From an uncultured Deinococcaceae bacterium (GTDB lineage Bacteria; Deinococcota; Deinococci; Deinococcales; Deinococcaceae): DNA of 64,000 bases. Positions 50,252 to 60,033 of the stretch are shown here, in pieces. Each line of letters begins with the position of its first letter. Within the stretch, counting starts at the first letter, position 1. The DNA lies in contig CAXULY010000018.1 in assembly GCA_964252075.1 (NCBI GenBank), positions 1-64,000 of the forward strand, in the 5' to 3' direction. Made by a program: the position numbers and the translations under genes. The notes below the pieces were generated by a model. That model searched no databases. It saw only the letters and a list, made by a program, of their open reading frames with translations, and was not told the DNA's origin.

Positions 50252-51213
50252 CGGCCCGCCGCGCACTCCCCAGCCCCCTGTGGCGCGGTTGGGCGCTGTG
50301 CCTGCTGGCCGCCGTGCTGCTCGCGGTGGCGGTCATGGTCGTGCGGCCCTTCGAGGCGGCGGGCGCCGTGCCGGACGGCAGCAAGTGGCTGGCCCTCGCG
50401 CTCACGCTCGCGGGCGTGGTGGTGGGCGTGTTCGGGGTGGGTGGGGTCGCGGCGCGCACGCGCGGCCTCACGCCCGCCCTGCTGGTCCTGGTGCTGTTCC
50501 TGCTGGCCGCCGAGGCCACCCTGCGGGCCTTCGCGGTGCCGCCCGGCCTGATCCCCACGCCCAGCCGCATCTGGTCCGCGCTGCTCCTCACGCGCGCGGT
50601 GCTGCTGCAGGACGCCTTCGTGACCTTCGTGCAGGAGACCCTCACGGGATACATCGGTGGCAGCGTGGTCGGCGTGGTCCTCGCGGTGCTGCTGGTGCGC
50701 TTCCGCTTCCTGGAGCGCGGCCTGATGCCCTACGCGGCGCTCGCCTCCAGCATCCCCATCGTGGCGCTCGCGCCCGTGGTCGTGAAGGCCTACGGGCTGG
50801 AGTGGCCCAGCAAGGCCATCATCGTGGGCATCACGGTGTTCTTCCCGGTGCTCGTGAACGTCGTGCGCGGCCTGCAGAGCGCCAACCCCATGCACCTCGA
50901 CCTCATGCGCACCTACGCCGTCGGCCCCGCGCGCACCTTCACGCTCGTGCGGCTGCCCGCCAGCGTGCCGTTCCTGTTCAACGCCCTCAAGGTCGCCAGC
51001 ACCCTCGCCATGATCGGCGCGATTGTCGGCGAGTTCTTCGGCACCACCGGCCACGGCCTGGGGTTCCGCATTCAGATCGAGGCGGGGCGCTTCAACCTCG
51101 ACATCGTGTGGGCGGCCATCGTGTTCGCGTCCGTGATCGGCATCGCCTTCTACGCCCTCGTCAGCTGGCTGGAAACGCGCGTGCAGGGCGCCGGAGCGCG
51201 CGCCCACGCCTGA
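50227..51213 (+). CDS. ABC transporter permease
   Basis: SIPIVALAP, VRLPASVPFLF and IGAIVGEFF motifs. Confidence 0.9.
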   Translation: MASRTAEVTARRALPSPLWRGWALCLLAAVLLAVAVMVVRPFEAAGAVPDGSKWLALALTLAGVVVGVFGVGGVAARTRGLTPALLVLVLFLLAAEATLRAFAVPPGLIPTPSRIWSALLLTRAVLLQDAFVTFVQETLTGYIGGSVVGVVLAVLLVRFRFLERGLMPYAALASSIPIVALAPVVVKAYGLEWPSKAIIVGITVFFPVLVNVVRGLQSANPMHLDLMRTYAVGPARTFTLVRLPASVPFLFNALKVASTLAMIGAIVGEFFGTTGHGLGFRIQIEAGRFNLDIVWAAIVFASVIGIAFYALVSWLETRVQGAGARAHA

Positions 51214-51244
51214 AGTGGTCCCTCACCCCCATTCGGAGGAAACA

Positions 51245-52294
51245 ATGAAGAAAGCCCTTGTGCTCGCCAGCCTGCTGCTCGTGTCCGCCGCGTCCGCCCA
51301 GAAGCTCGTGCCCGTGAAGCTGCAACTCAAGTGGTTCCCGCAGGCGCAGTTCGCGGGCTTCTTCGTGGCGCAGGCCAAAGGCTACTTCAAAGCCGAGGGC
51401 CTCGACGTGCAGCTCCTGCCCATCGGCGACCAGAGCCCCATCCAGACCGTCGCCACCGGCACCGCGGACTTCGGCACCACCTGGATCACTGACCTGCTCA
51501 CCGCACGCCAGCAGGGCCTGCCGGTCGTGCACATCGCGCAGATCTTCCAGAAGAGCGGCTACACCCTGGTGGCGCTCAAGAACAAGAACATCGCTGGACC
51601 CGCGAACTTCAAGGGCCTGCGCATCGGCGTGTGGCCCGCCGGGAACGAGTACCCCGCCGTCGCCCTCCTCAAGAAGTACGGCCTCACCAGCAGCCTGGAC
51701 TCCAGCGTCGCGAACCCCAGCGTGCAGGCCGTCACGTACCCCTTCGACCCCAGCCTCGTGTTCCCCGACAAGGTGGACCTCGTGTCCGCCATGACGTACA
51801 ACGAGGTGGACCAGATTCAGGGCCTCGGGTACAGCATGGACAAACTCAAGATCTTCAAGATGTCCGACTACGGCGTGAACCTCCTCGAAGACCTGATGTT
51901 CACCACGCAGCGCGTGCTGGACGACAAGAACTTCAAGGGCAGCGGCCTGAGCGGCAAGGAAGTCGCCGCGCGCCTCGTGCGCGCCAGCCTCAAGGGCTGG
52001 GATTACGCCGTGAAGAACCAGGCGGAAGCCGTGAGCATCGTGCTGCCCCTGTGCGGCAACACCTGCAAGGGCAGCGGCACCCGCAGTGACGCCAAGGAAC
52101 ACCAGACGTGGCAGATGCGTGAGGTCGCCAAGCTGTACAACGCCGGACCCACCCTCAAGGGGCAGGCGGGCTACCTGGACCCCGCGACGTACAAGGCGAA
52201 CGTGACCCTCCTGAAGTCCCTCGGCATCCTGAAGGCGGACCCCACGGCGGGCGCGGTGGACACCAGCGTGTGGCAGATGGCCATGAAGAAGTGA
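51245..52294 (+). CDS. ABC substrate-binding protein (NMT1/THI5-like)
   Basis: Signal peptide; LQLKWFPQAQFAGFFVA motif. Confidence 0.9.
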   Translation: MKKALVLASLLLVSAASAQKLVPVKLQLKWFPQAQFAGFFVAQAKGYFKAEGLDVQLLPIGDQSPIQTVATGTADFGTTWITDLLTARQQGLPVVHIAQIFQKSGYTLVALKNKNIAGPANFKGLRIGVWPAGNEYPAVALLKKYGLTSSLDSSVANPSVQAVTYPFDPSLVFPDKVDLVSAMTYNEVDQIQGLGYSMDKLKIFKMSDYGVNLLEDLMFTTQRVLDDKNFKGSGLSGKEVAARLVRASLKGWDYAVKNQAEAVSIVLPLCGNTCKGSGTRSDAKEHQTWQMREVAKLYNAGPTLKGQAGYLDPATYKANVTLLKSLGILKADPTAGAVDTSVWQMAMKK

Positions 52295-52313
52295 GGACAA
52301 AGGGGGCGGCGGG

Positions 52314-52541
52314 TCACGGGGTCCGCCGCCCCCTTGTCAGCTCGACCAGCCGTTCCGGGCGCTTTGGGCCGTTCAGTTCCTCAAGAAGTTCGTGGGGATA
52401 GACCGGAAATGGTTCACCCCACCAGCGCTTCGTTTTGGTGTTCCACACCCGCCAGCCCGTTCCCGGAACCGCTTTCGCGACGTACCGACGCTTTTCTTTT
52501 CCCACCGTTGCACGATAGAGGGGCAGTCCTTGCCCCTGCAT
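52314..52541 (-). CDS. Small basic Trp-rich hypothetical protein, antisense within the cluster
   Basis: RRYVAKAVPGTGWRVWNTKTKRWWGEPFPVYPHELLEELNGPKRPERLVEL; start uncertain. Confidence 0.5.
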   Translation of the reverse strand: MQGQGLPLYRATVGKEKRRYVAKAVPGTGWRVWNTKTKRWWGEPFPVYPHELLEELNGPKRPERLVELTRGRRTP

Positions 52542-52572
52542 CGTCACGCTGGCATACATCTGAAGGAGGTCC

Positions 52573-53805
52573 ATGACCCTCGACCCAGAGCGAACCCTCC
52601 GCGAACTCAAGGAACTGCGCGACCTGACGGGCGACGAGCACGGCGCGCAACGCGTGGCCTTCACGGACGTGTGGGTGCGCACCCGCGCGTGGCTGAAGGA
52701 CAAACTCGCGGCGCTGCCCGTGGAGGTGCACGAGGACCCCGCCGGGAACCTCTGGGCGACCCTGAAGGGCCAGGGGGAGCGCGCCCTGGTCATCGGGGGG
52801 CACATGGACAGCGTGCCGAACGGCGGGTGGCTGGACGGCTGCCTGAACGTCCTGGCGGGCCTGGAGATCCTGCGGCGATTTACGGCGCAGGGCGCGCCTC
52901 CCGTCACGGTGCGGCTCGTGGACTGGGCGGACGAGGAGGGCGCGCGCTTCGGGCGCAGCCTGTACGGGTCGAGCGCCGCGAGCGGGCACCTCGATGTGGC
53001 CGAGATGGCGAAGCTGAAGGACCGGGACGGCGTGACCCTCACGGACGCGCTCGCGCGGGTGGGCGTGACGCTCGCGGACGCACCGAAAGCGCGGGATGAA
53101 CTGCGCAACGCGGGCGCGTACATCGAGTTGCACATCGAGCAGGGACCGGTGCTGGAGGGCCTGGACCTGCCGCTCGGCGCGGTGCTGGGCACGGTGGGCG
53201 TGGAGCGGCACACCCTCACCTTCCACGGGCAGGCGGCGCACAGCGGCAGCACCCCCATGAACCGCCGCAAAGACGCGCTGCTGGCCGCCGCGAAGCTCGC
53301 GCAGGAGATCTACGTGATCGCGGAGCGGCACGCGGGCGTGTGCACCATCGGCAGCGTGAAGACCCTGCCGGGCATCGTGACGAGCGTCGTGGAGACCTGC
53401 GAGGTCACGCTGGATCAGCGGCACCTGGACGCGGAGCACCTCGCGGCGATGTGGCGGGAGGCGCAGGAGGCCGCGCAGCGCTTCGCGCAGGAGGGCGGCT
53501 GCACGGTGGACTTCGGATACCTGTGGAACATTGAGCCCATCCCCTTCCACCCGGAACTCATTGACGCGGCGGAGGCGGCGATCCTGGAGACCGTGCCGAG
53601 CGCGCATCGCCTGCCGAGCGGCCCCTTGCACGACGCGGCGGAGGTCGCGCGGGCGGGCGTGCCGACCGTGATGATGTTCGTGCAGAGCCTGCGCGGCATC
53701 AGCCACAACAAGATCGAGGACACGAAAGAGGAGCACATCCTGCAGAGCGTGGAGGCCTTCGACAAGCTCGCGGACCGGGCGGTGGCCTGGCTGGCGGGGC
53801 GGTAG
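52573..53805 (+). CDS. Zn-dependent amidohydrolase (M20), probable beta-ureidopropionase
   Basis: GHMDSVPNGGWLDG, DEEGARFG, ELHIEQGP and HDAAEV motifs; gene context. Confidence 0.88.
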   Translation: MTLDPERTLRELKELRDLTGDEHGAQRVAFTDVWVRTRAWLKDKLAALPVEVHEDPAGNLWATLKGQGERALVIGGHMDSVPNGGWLDGCLNVLAGLEILRRFTAQGAPPVTVRLVDWADEEGARFGRSLYGSSAASGHLDVAEMAKLKDRDGVTLTDALARVGVTLADAPKARDELRNAGAYIELHIEQGPVLEGLDLPLGAVLGTVGVERHTLTFHGQAAHSGSTPMNRRKDALLAAAKLAQEIYVIAERHAGVCTIGSVKTLPGIVTSVVETCEVTLDQRHLDAEHLAAMWREAQEAAQRFAQEGGCTVDFGYLWNIEPIPFHPELIDAAEAAILETVPSAHRLPSGPLHDAAEVARAGVPTVMMFVQSLRGISHNKIEDTKEEHILQSVEAFDKLADRAVAWLAGR

Positions 53806-53811
53806 AGGGTC

Positions 53812-54612
53812 ATGACCCCCACCCCGTACCCGGACCTGAACGACGTGCTGGCGCGACTCGCGAGCGGCGCGCAGATGGTGCTGGGCGGGGACTTCGTGGG
53901 GGCGTACCTGCAGGGGTCCTTCGCGGTGGGGGACGCGGAGGAGGGCAGCGACGTGGACTTCCTCGTCGTGACGCGCGAGCTACTGACACCTGACCAGGAA
54001 AGGCAAGTGCAGGACCTGCAGCGCGCGCTGTTCGACCTGTCCTCGCCGTGGGCGCGGCACCTGGAGGGCTCGTACTTCCCGGCGGACCTGCTGCGCCCCC
54101 CGGACCCGAGCCGCACGCCTCTCCCCTATTTCGACAATGGCAGCCGCGACCTCCAGCACTCCGACCACGACAACACGCTGGTGGTGCGCTGGGTCACGCG
54201 CAAGCATGGCGTGACGCTCGCCGGGCCGCCGCCAAAGGAGCTGATTGACCCTGTGTCCGCCGATGATCTTCGTGCCGAGGTGCGCGAGACCCTGCGTGAG
54301 TGGGGCGCGGCGCTGCTGGCAGACCCGGACGGCCTGAACAACGGGTGGCGGCAGCCGTATGTGGCGCTCAGTTACGCGCGCATGCTGCACACGCTCGACA
54401 CGGGCGCGGTGCATTCCAAGAAGGCCGCCGTGGACTGGGCACGCGACCAACTCGACGCTCGCTGGTCGCCGCTGCTGGAGCGCGCGTGGGCGCAGCACCG
54501 CGGGCAGTTCGCGCGCGTGGGCCAGCCCGCCGACCCCACGGACCTCGCGCTCACGCAGGACTTCATCCGTTTTGCCCTAGAGGGGACACCCCATGCTGCC
54601 GACCCTCGCTGA
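53812..54612 (+). CDS. Nucleotidyltransferase with an AadA-like C-terminal domain
   Basis: YLQGSFAVGD...SDVDFLVV and HSKKAAVDWA motifs. Confidence 0.8.
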   Translation: MTPTPYPDLNDVLARLASGAQMVLGGDFVGAYLQGSFAVGDAEEGSDVDFLVVTRELLTPDQERQVQDLQRALFDLSSPWARHLEGSYFPADLLRPPDPSRTPLPYFDNGSRDLQHSDHDNTLVVRWVTRKHGVTLAGPPPKELIDPVSADDLRAEVRETLREWGAALLADPDGLNNGWRQPYVALSYARMLHTLDTGAVHSKKAAVDWARDQLDARWSPLLERAWAQHRGQFARVGQPADPTDLALTQDFIRFALEGTPHAADPR

Positions 54613-55348
54613 GCTTCTGGACCTGCCCGCGTGGCGGGGCGCGCAGGTGCTGTCCGGGCACGCGCAGCTCGGGCAGGGCGTGACGTGGGTGCACGTCACG
54701 GAGGTGCTGGACGCGCACCGCTTCCTGTCTGGCGGTGAGCTGCTGCTCAGCACGGGCCTGGAACTCTCGCGCGCCGGGTCGGACGCGCGCGGCGCGTACC
54801 TGCGCGCGATCGCGGAGGCGGGCGCGCACGGCCTCGTGCTGGAACTCGTGCAGAGCTGGCGGGAGGTGCCGCCGGACCTCATGGCGGTCGCGCGCCTGCT
54901 GGACTTCCCGGTGATCGTGTTCGAGCACGAGGTGCGCTTTGCGGACCTCACGCGCGACGCGCACGGCCGCATCCTGCGCCCGCACGGCATGGGCGCACAC
55001 GGCGCCGGGCTGGACGCGGTGCTCGCCGCCCTGAGCGAGACGGGGCGCAGCGCGGGCTTCCTCGCGGCGCAGCTGGGGCCGCTGCTGGCCCTCCCGAGTC
55101 GCCCGCGCGCGACGCTGCTCGGCACGCTGGACGCGCTGCTGGGCACGCACCTGAACGTCGCGGAGGCCGCGCGGCTCCTCGGCGTGCGGCGGCAGACGGT
55201 GTACTACCGCCTGGAGCAGATCCGCGGGATGCTCGGGGACCTCAGTGACCCCAAGCGGCACCTCGCCCTGGCGCTGGCGCTGGAGGTCGCGCGCAGCGGA
55301 CAGGTGGACACCCTCGCGGGCCTCATGCTGGACCCTGCGCCCCGGTAA
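54593..55348 (+). CDS. PucR-family transcriptional regulator (short form)
   Basis: VTWVHVTE...LSGGELLLSTG N-terminal domain; AARLLGVRRQTVYYRLEQI HTH. Confidence 0.88.
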   Translation: MLPTLAELLDLPAWRGAQVLSGHAQLGQGVTWVHVTEVLDAHRFLSGGELLLSTGLELSRAGSDARGAYLRAIAEAGAHGLVLELVQSWREVPPDLMAVARLLDFPVIVFEHEVRFADLTRDAHGRILRPHGMGAHGAGLDAVLAALSETGRSAGFLAAQLGPLLALPSRPRATLLGTLDALLGTHLNVAEAARLLGVRRQTVYYRLEQIRGMLGDLSDPKRHLALALALEVARSGQVDTLAGLMLDPAPR

Positions 55349-55445
55349 GCCCCTGCCGCTTTGGACACCCTGTCTCTTGAGCGGCCCTTCACGCCCGACC
55401 TAGCATGGACCTCAAGTCCCACAAGTTCACTTTCGGAGGTGCCGC

Positions 55446-56780
55446 ATGACGCGCAGCGAAGAGATCATTCAGGCGAACCGCGACTACACCCTCTTCTCGT
55501 GGAGCGCCCAGGCGCAGGCGAACCCCATTCATATGGTGGGCGGCAAGGGCAGCCACTTCTTCGACGGCGACGGGAACACGTGGCTGGATTTCTCCAGTCA
55601 GCTCATCAACATCAACGTGGGGCACCAGCACCCGAAGGTCCTGCAGGCCATCAAGGACCAGGTGGATCAGATGTGCTTCGCCGGGCCGAGTTTCGCGACG
55701 GACGTGCGCGCCGAGCTGGGCAAGAAGCTCGCGGAGGTGACGGGCCTCGCGAAGAGCTTCTTCACGCTGGGCGGCAGCGAGGCGAACGAGAACGCCATCA
55801 AGATGGCGAAGCTGTACACGGGCCGCGACAAGATCATCACCCGCTACCGCAGTTACCACGGCGCGACGATGGGCAGCATGAGCGCCTCGGGCGACCCCCG
55901 GCGCTGGCCGGTCGAGCCGGGCATTCCCGGCATTGTGCGGGTGTTCGACCCGTACATGTACCGCCCCCCCATGGGCGGCAGCGCGGAGGAGTGGGAGGAC
56001 GGCTGCATCACGCACATCGAGGAGGTGATTCAGCTGGAGGGGCCGCACACCATCGCGGCGATGCTGGTGGAGGGCATCACGGGCAGCAACGGCCTGCTGA
56101 TCCCTCCGGACAGCTACTACCCGCGCCTGCGCGCCCTGCTCGACAAGTACGGCATCCTCCTGATTGACGACGAGGTGATGAGCGGCTTCGGACGCACCGG
56201 GAAGTGGCTCGCCACGCAGCACTACGGCATCGTGCCGGACATCGTGACGTGCGCGAAGGGCCTCACCAGCGGGTACATGCCGCTGGGTGCCGTAATCGTG
56301 AACCAGAAGATCGCGGATTACTTCGAGAACCACTTCCTGGCGGGCGGCCTCACGTACAGCGGGCACCCCGTGAGCCTCGCGGCGGCCATCGCGAACCTGA
56401 AGGTGTACGAGGAGGAGCACCTCTTCGAGCACACCCTGGAGATGGGCAAGCACCTGGGCGAGCGCCTGGAAGCCATGAAGCGCAAGTACGCCTGCGTGGG
56501 CGACGTGCGCTACATCGGGCTCTTCAGCGTGCTGGAACTCGTGAAGGACAAGGCCACGAAGGAGCCGCTCGCGCCCTTCAACGGCACCTCGCCCGAAATG
56601 CAGCGGCTCGCCGCGCACATCAAGAGCCGGTTCGTATACGCGTACAGCCGCTTCAACTTCCTGTGGGTGTGCCCGCCGCTGGTCGTGACGAAAGAAGAGC
56701 TGGATCACGGCCTGGACGTGTACGAGGAGGCACTCGCGCTGGTGGACGAGATGATCGGCGCGCCCGTCGCGGCAGACTAG
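55446..56780 (+). CDS. Class III aminotransferase (probable beta-alanine aminotransferase)
   Basis: GGSEANE, SYHGAT, DEVMSGFGRTG and AKGLTSGY motifs. Confidence 0.9.
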   Translation: MTRSEEIIQANRDYTLFSWSAQAQANPIHMVGGKGSHFFDGDGNTWLDFSSQLININVGHQHPKVLQAIKDQVDQMCFAGPSFATDVRAELGKKLAEVTGLAKSFFTLGGSEANENAIKMAKLYTGRDKIITRYRSYHGATMGSMSASGDPRRWPVEPGIPGIVRVFDPYMYRPPMGGSAEEWEDGCITHIEEVIQLEGPHTIAAMLVEGITGSNGLLIPPDSYYPRLRALLDKYGILLIDDEVMSGFGRTGKWLATQHYGIVPDIVTCAKGLTSGYMPLGAVIVNQKIADYFENHFLAGGLTYSGHPVSLAAAIANLKVYEEEHLFEHTLEMGKHLGERLEAMKRKYACVGDVRYIGLFSVLELVKDKATKEPLAPFNGTSPEMQRLAAHIKSRFVYAYSRFNFLWVCPPLVVTKEELDHGLDVYEEALALVDEMIGAPVAAD

Positions 56781-56842
56781 CTGGACGTCGTGCCCACCGC
56801 GCGGCCCGCACCTCACCCCATCCCCTCAAGGAGCCCACACCC

Positions 56843-58350
56843 ATGACCGATACGATTTCCCGCCCCGCCACCATCAGCCACTGGATCGGGGGGCAGCTGG
56901 TGCCCGGCACGTCCGGGCGCACGTCTCCGGTGTTCAACCCCGCGACGGGGGCGGTGCAGGCGGACCTGCAGCTCGCGAGCGTGGAGGAACTGGACCGCGC
57001 GGTGGCCGTGGCAAGGCGGCGTTCCCCGCGTGGCGCGCGACGGCCCTGTCGAAGCGCGCGGACATCATGTTCCGCTTCCGGGCGCTGCTGGACGCGCGGC
57101 GCGATGAGCTGGCGCGCATCCTGACGCGCGAGCACGGGAAGGTGCACGCGGACGCGCTGGGCGAGATCGCGCGCGGCATCGAGAACGTGGAGTTCGCGTG
57201 CGGCGTGCCGCAGCTCCTGAAGGGCGGGTACAGCGAGGGCGCGTCGCGCGGGGTGGACGTGTACTCCATCCGTCAGCCGCTGGGGGTGGTGGCGGGCATC
57301 ACGCCCTTCAACTTCCCCGCGATGGTGCCCCTGTGGATGCTGGCGAACGCGCTGGCGTGCGGGAACACCTTCATCCTGAAGCCCAGCGAGAAGGACCCGA
57401 GCGCGAGTTTGTTCCTGGCGGCGCTGCTGAAGGAGGCGGGCCTGCCGGGCGGCGTGCTGAACGTGGTGCAGGGCGACAAGCTGGCGGTGGACCGCCTGCT
57501 GGAGCACCCGGACATCGCGGCGGTGAGCTTCGTGGGCAGCACGCCGATTGCCCGGTACGTGTACGAGACGGGCACCAGGAACGGGAAGCGCGTGCAGGCG
57601 CTGGGCGGCGCGAAGAACCACATGGTGGTGCTGCCCGACGCGGACCTGGACATGGCGGCGGACGCGGCGGTGAGCGCCGGGTACGGCAGCGCGGGCGAGC
57701 GCTGCATGGCGATCGCGGTGGTGGTGGCGGTCGGGGACATCGCGGACCCGCTGGTGGAGGCCATTCAGGCGCGCCTCCCCAACCTGAAGGTGGGCCCCGG
57801 TGACCAGCCGGAGAACGAGATGGGGCCGCTCATCTCGCGCGAGCACCGCGACAAGGTGGCGGGCTATGTGGCGGGCGCCGAGGCGGAGGGCGCGACCGTG
57901 GTGGTGGATGGCCGCGACAGCGGCGTGCCGGGCGACGGCTTCTTCCTGAAGCCCAGCCTGCTGGACCACACGGCGCCCGGCATGAAGTGCTACGACGACG
58001 AGATCTTCGGGCCGGTGCTGTCCGTGGCGCGCGTGGGCAGCTACGAGGAGGCCCTGAACCTCGTGAACAGCAACCCGTACGGGAACGGCACGGCCATCTT
58101 CACGCGCGACGGCGGCGCGGCGCGGCAGTTCCAGTTCGACGTGGAGGTCGGCATGGTGGGCGTGAACGTGCCCATCCCGGTGCCCGTCGCGTACTACTCC
58201 TTCGGCGGGTGGAAGGCCAGCCTGTTCGGGGACACGCACATGTACGGCCCGGAAGGCGTGCAGTTCTACACGCGCGCGAAGGTCGTGACGAGCCGCTGGC
58301 CGGACCCCGGCACCAGCAGCGTGGACCTGGGCTTCCCCAAAACGCACTGA
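56843..58350 (+). pseudogene. mmsA: CoA-acylating (methyl)malonate-semialdehyde dehydrogenase with a 1-nt frameshift at ~57012
   Basis: N-terminus MTDTISRPATISHWIGG...VFNPATG lies in a different frame from ITPFNFP, GGAKNH and GERCMA; adding one base in GC^AAG restores AVAKAAFPAW. Confidence 0.88.
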
Positions 58351-58356
58351 GGGCAG

Positions 58357-58396
58357 AGGGGAGGGGGAGGCCGTGGCGGCCTCCCCCTCCCCTTTT
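58357..58396. terminator. Terminator between mmsA and bioY
   Basis: AGGGGAGGGGGAGGCC...GGCCTCCCCCTCCCCT-TTT. Confidence 0.8.
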
Positions 58397-58409
58397 CGTA
58401 CCCGCGTGC

Positions 58410-58991
58410 TCAGCGGCGCCCGAGCAGCGCCCACGCGCCCGGCAGCAGCCCGGCGGCGAGCAGGAGCTTCACGAGGTCGCCCAGCAGGAAAGGCGTGAGG
58501 CCCGCCGCCATGAGCGCCCCGCCGTGCAGGTGCGTGACCTGCGACAGCCACGGCAGGCCCACCGCGTAGATGGCCGCGTTGCCCGCCAGCATGGCGAGCG
58601 CGGTGCCCCACGGCGTGCGGTCCAGCGCGAGGCGCTCGGTGAGGAGACCGACCAGCGCGGCGGCCAGCACGAAGCCCGCAAGGTACCCGCCCGTCGGCCC
58701 GACCAGCGTCGCGAAGCCCGCGCCACCGCCGGAGAACACCGGCAGACCGAGCGCGCCCGCGAGGATGTAGGTCAGCACCGCGATCGCGCCGCGCCGCCAG
58801 CCGAGGCCCGCGCCGACCAGCAGCACCGTGAGGGTCTGCAGGGTGATGGGCACGGGCTTCAGGGGAATCTCGACCTGCGAGAGCAGCGCGATGAGGGCCG
58901 CACCGCCCAGCACCAGGGCGAGGTCGCGCCACAGACCGGATTGCGGCAGGGCGCGCTGGGAGAGGGTGGGGTGGGTCAGGGTTTTCTGCAT
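58410..58991 (-). CDS. bioY: Biotin transporter
   Basis: PVPITLQT, GLPVFSGG and GPTGGYLAGF motifs. Confidence 0.93.
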   Translation of the reverse strand: MQKTLTHPTLSQRALPQSGLWRDLALVLGGAALIALLSQVEIPLKPVPITLQTLTVLLVGAGLGWRRGAIAVLTYILAGALGLPVFSGGGAGFATLVGPTGGYLAGFVLAAALVGLLTERLALDRTPWGTALAMLAGNAAIYAVGLPWLSQVTHLHGGALMAAGLTPFLLGDLVKLLLAAGLLPGAWALLGRR

Positions 58992-58993
58992 GT

Positions 58994-59908
58994 TCAGTCC
59001 TCCTGGGGTGAGAGTGAGCCGATGAGTTCCACGTCGCCCGCGCCGACGCGCACGGTGCCCGTGTCCGTGCCCACCAGCAGGGCGCCGTCCGGGGCGAGGT
59101 CCAGGGCGGTGCCCGTCACGTCGCCGCCGGGCGTGGCGACCCGCACGGCCCGCCCGAGCGTGACGCTCGCCGCGCGCCACGCGGTCAGCACCGCCTCGGG
59201 TGGGGCGGTCAACCACACCTCCAGCGCCGCGAGTACGTCGCGCAGCACGTCCACGCGGGAGGCGGGCCGGAACTCCGCGAGGCCCGCCGCGCCTTCCGGG
59301 GCACCGTCCACGTTCAGGCCAATGCCGAGCACCGCACCGCGCAGTTCCTCGCCACGCACGTCGGCCTCCAGCAGCAGGCCCGCCAGCTTGCGCCCGTCAG
59401 GGGCAAGAAGATCGTTGGGCCATTTGAGCCCCCCGACCCCGCACGCCTCGTGCAGGGCGACGCCCGCCGCGAGCGGCAGCAGGGCGAGGTCCGGCAGGGC
59501 GGTGGGGGTGCGCAGCGCCACGCTGAAGGTGAGGCCGCCGGAGCGCCACACGCGCCCGCGCCGCCCGCGCCCCGCCGTCTGCCGCTCTGCGAGGACCACC
59601 GCGCCGTGCGGGGCGGGGTCCTGCGGGTCGTGCAGCCAGCGGCGCGCCTCGTCCTGGGTGCTGGTGACGGTGCCCAGGTAGCGGTACGCCCGCCCGAGGG
59701 CGCCGCGCGGGGCGAGAACCGCCTCGCTGGGCGTGCCGGGCGCGAGGGCGTACCCGCGCCGGGTGACGGTGACGGGATAGCCCTGCTCCTGCAAGATTCG
59801 GGCGCGCTCGTGCACGCTCACGCGCCCCAGGCCCAGCCGCGCGCCGAGCGCCTCGCCGGACTGCGGGGTCTCCGTCAGCAGGGCGAGCAGGGTGGCGTCT
59901 CCGGTCAC
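58994..59908 (-). CDS. birA: Biotin-protein ligase with an N-terminal HTH
   Basis: SGEALGARLG, STQD, QTAGRGRRGR, LKWPND and KLAGLL motifs. Confidence 0.93.
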   Translation of the reverse strand: MTGDATLLALLTETPQSGEALGARLGLGRVSVHERARILQEQGYPVTVTRRGYALAPGTPSEAVLAPRGALGRAYRYLGTVTSTQDEARRWLHDPQDPAPHGAVVLAERQTAGRGRRGRVWRSGGLTFSVALRTPTALPDLALLPLAAGVALHEACGVGGLKWPNDLLAPDGRKLAGLLLEADVRGEELRGAVLGIGLNVDGAPEGAAGLAEFRPASRVDVLRDVLAALEVWLTAPPEAVLTAWRAASVTLGRAVRVATPGGDVTGTALDLAPDGALLVGTDTGTVRVGAGDVELIGSLSPQED

Positions 59909-60033
59909 GTTCGGCAGTCTGACCCAAAGGGGCGAACGGGGGCAAGGGGGCGGGGCGGCGTGGGCCTTCAGCATTCCCTGGCCTTCCCCCGCCACACTCC
60001 CCATGACCCCCCTCGCCGCCTTAGGCTGGGCGG

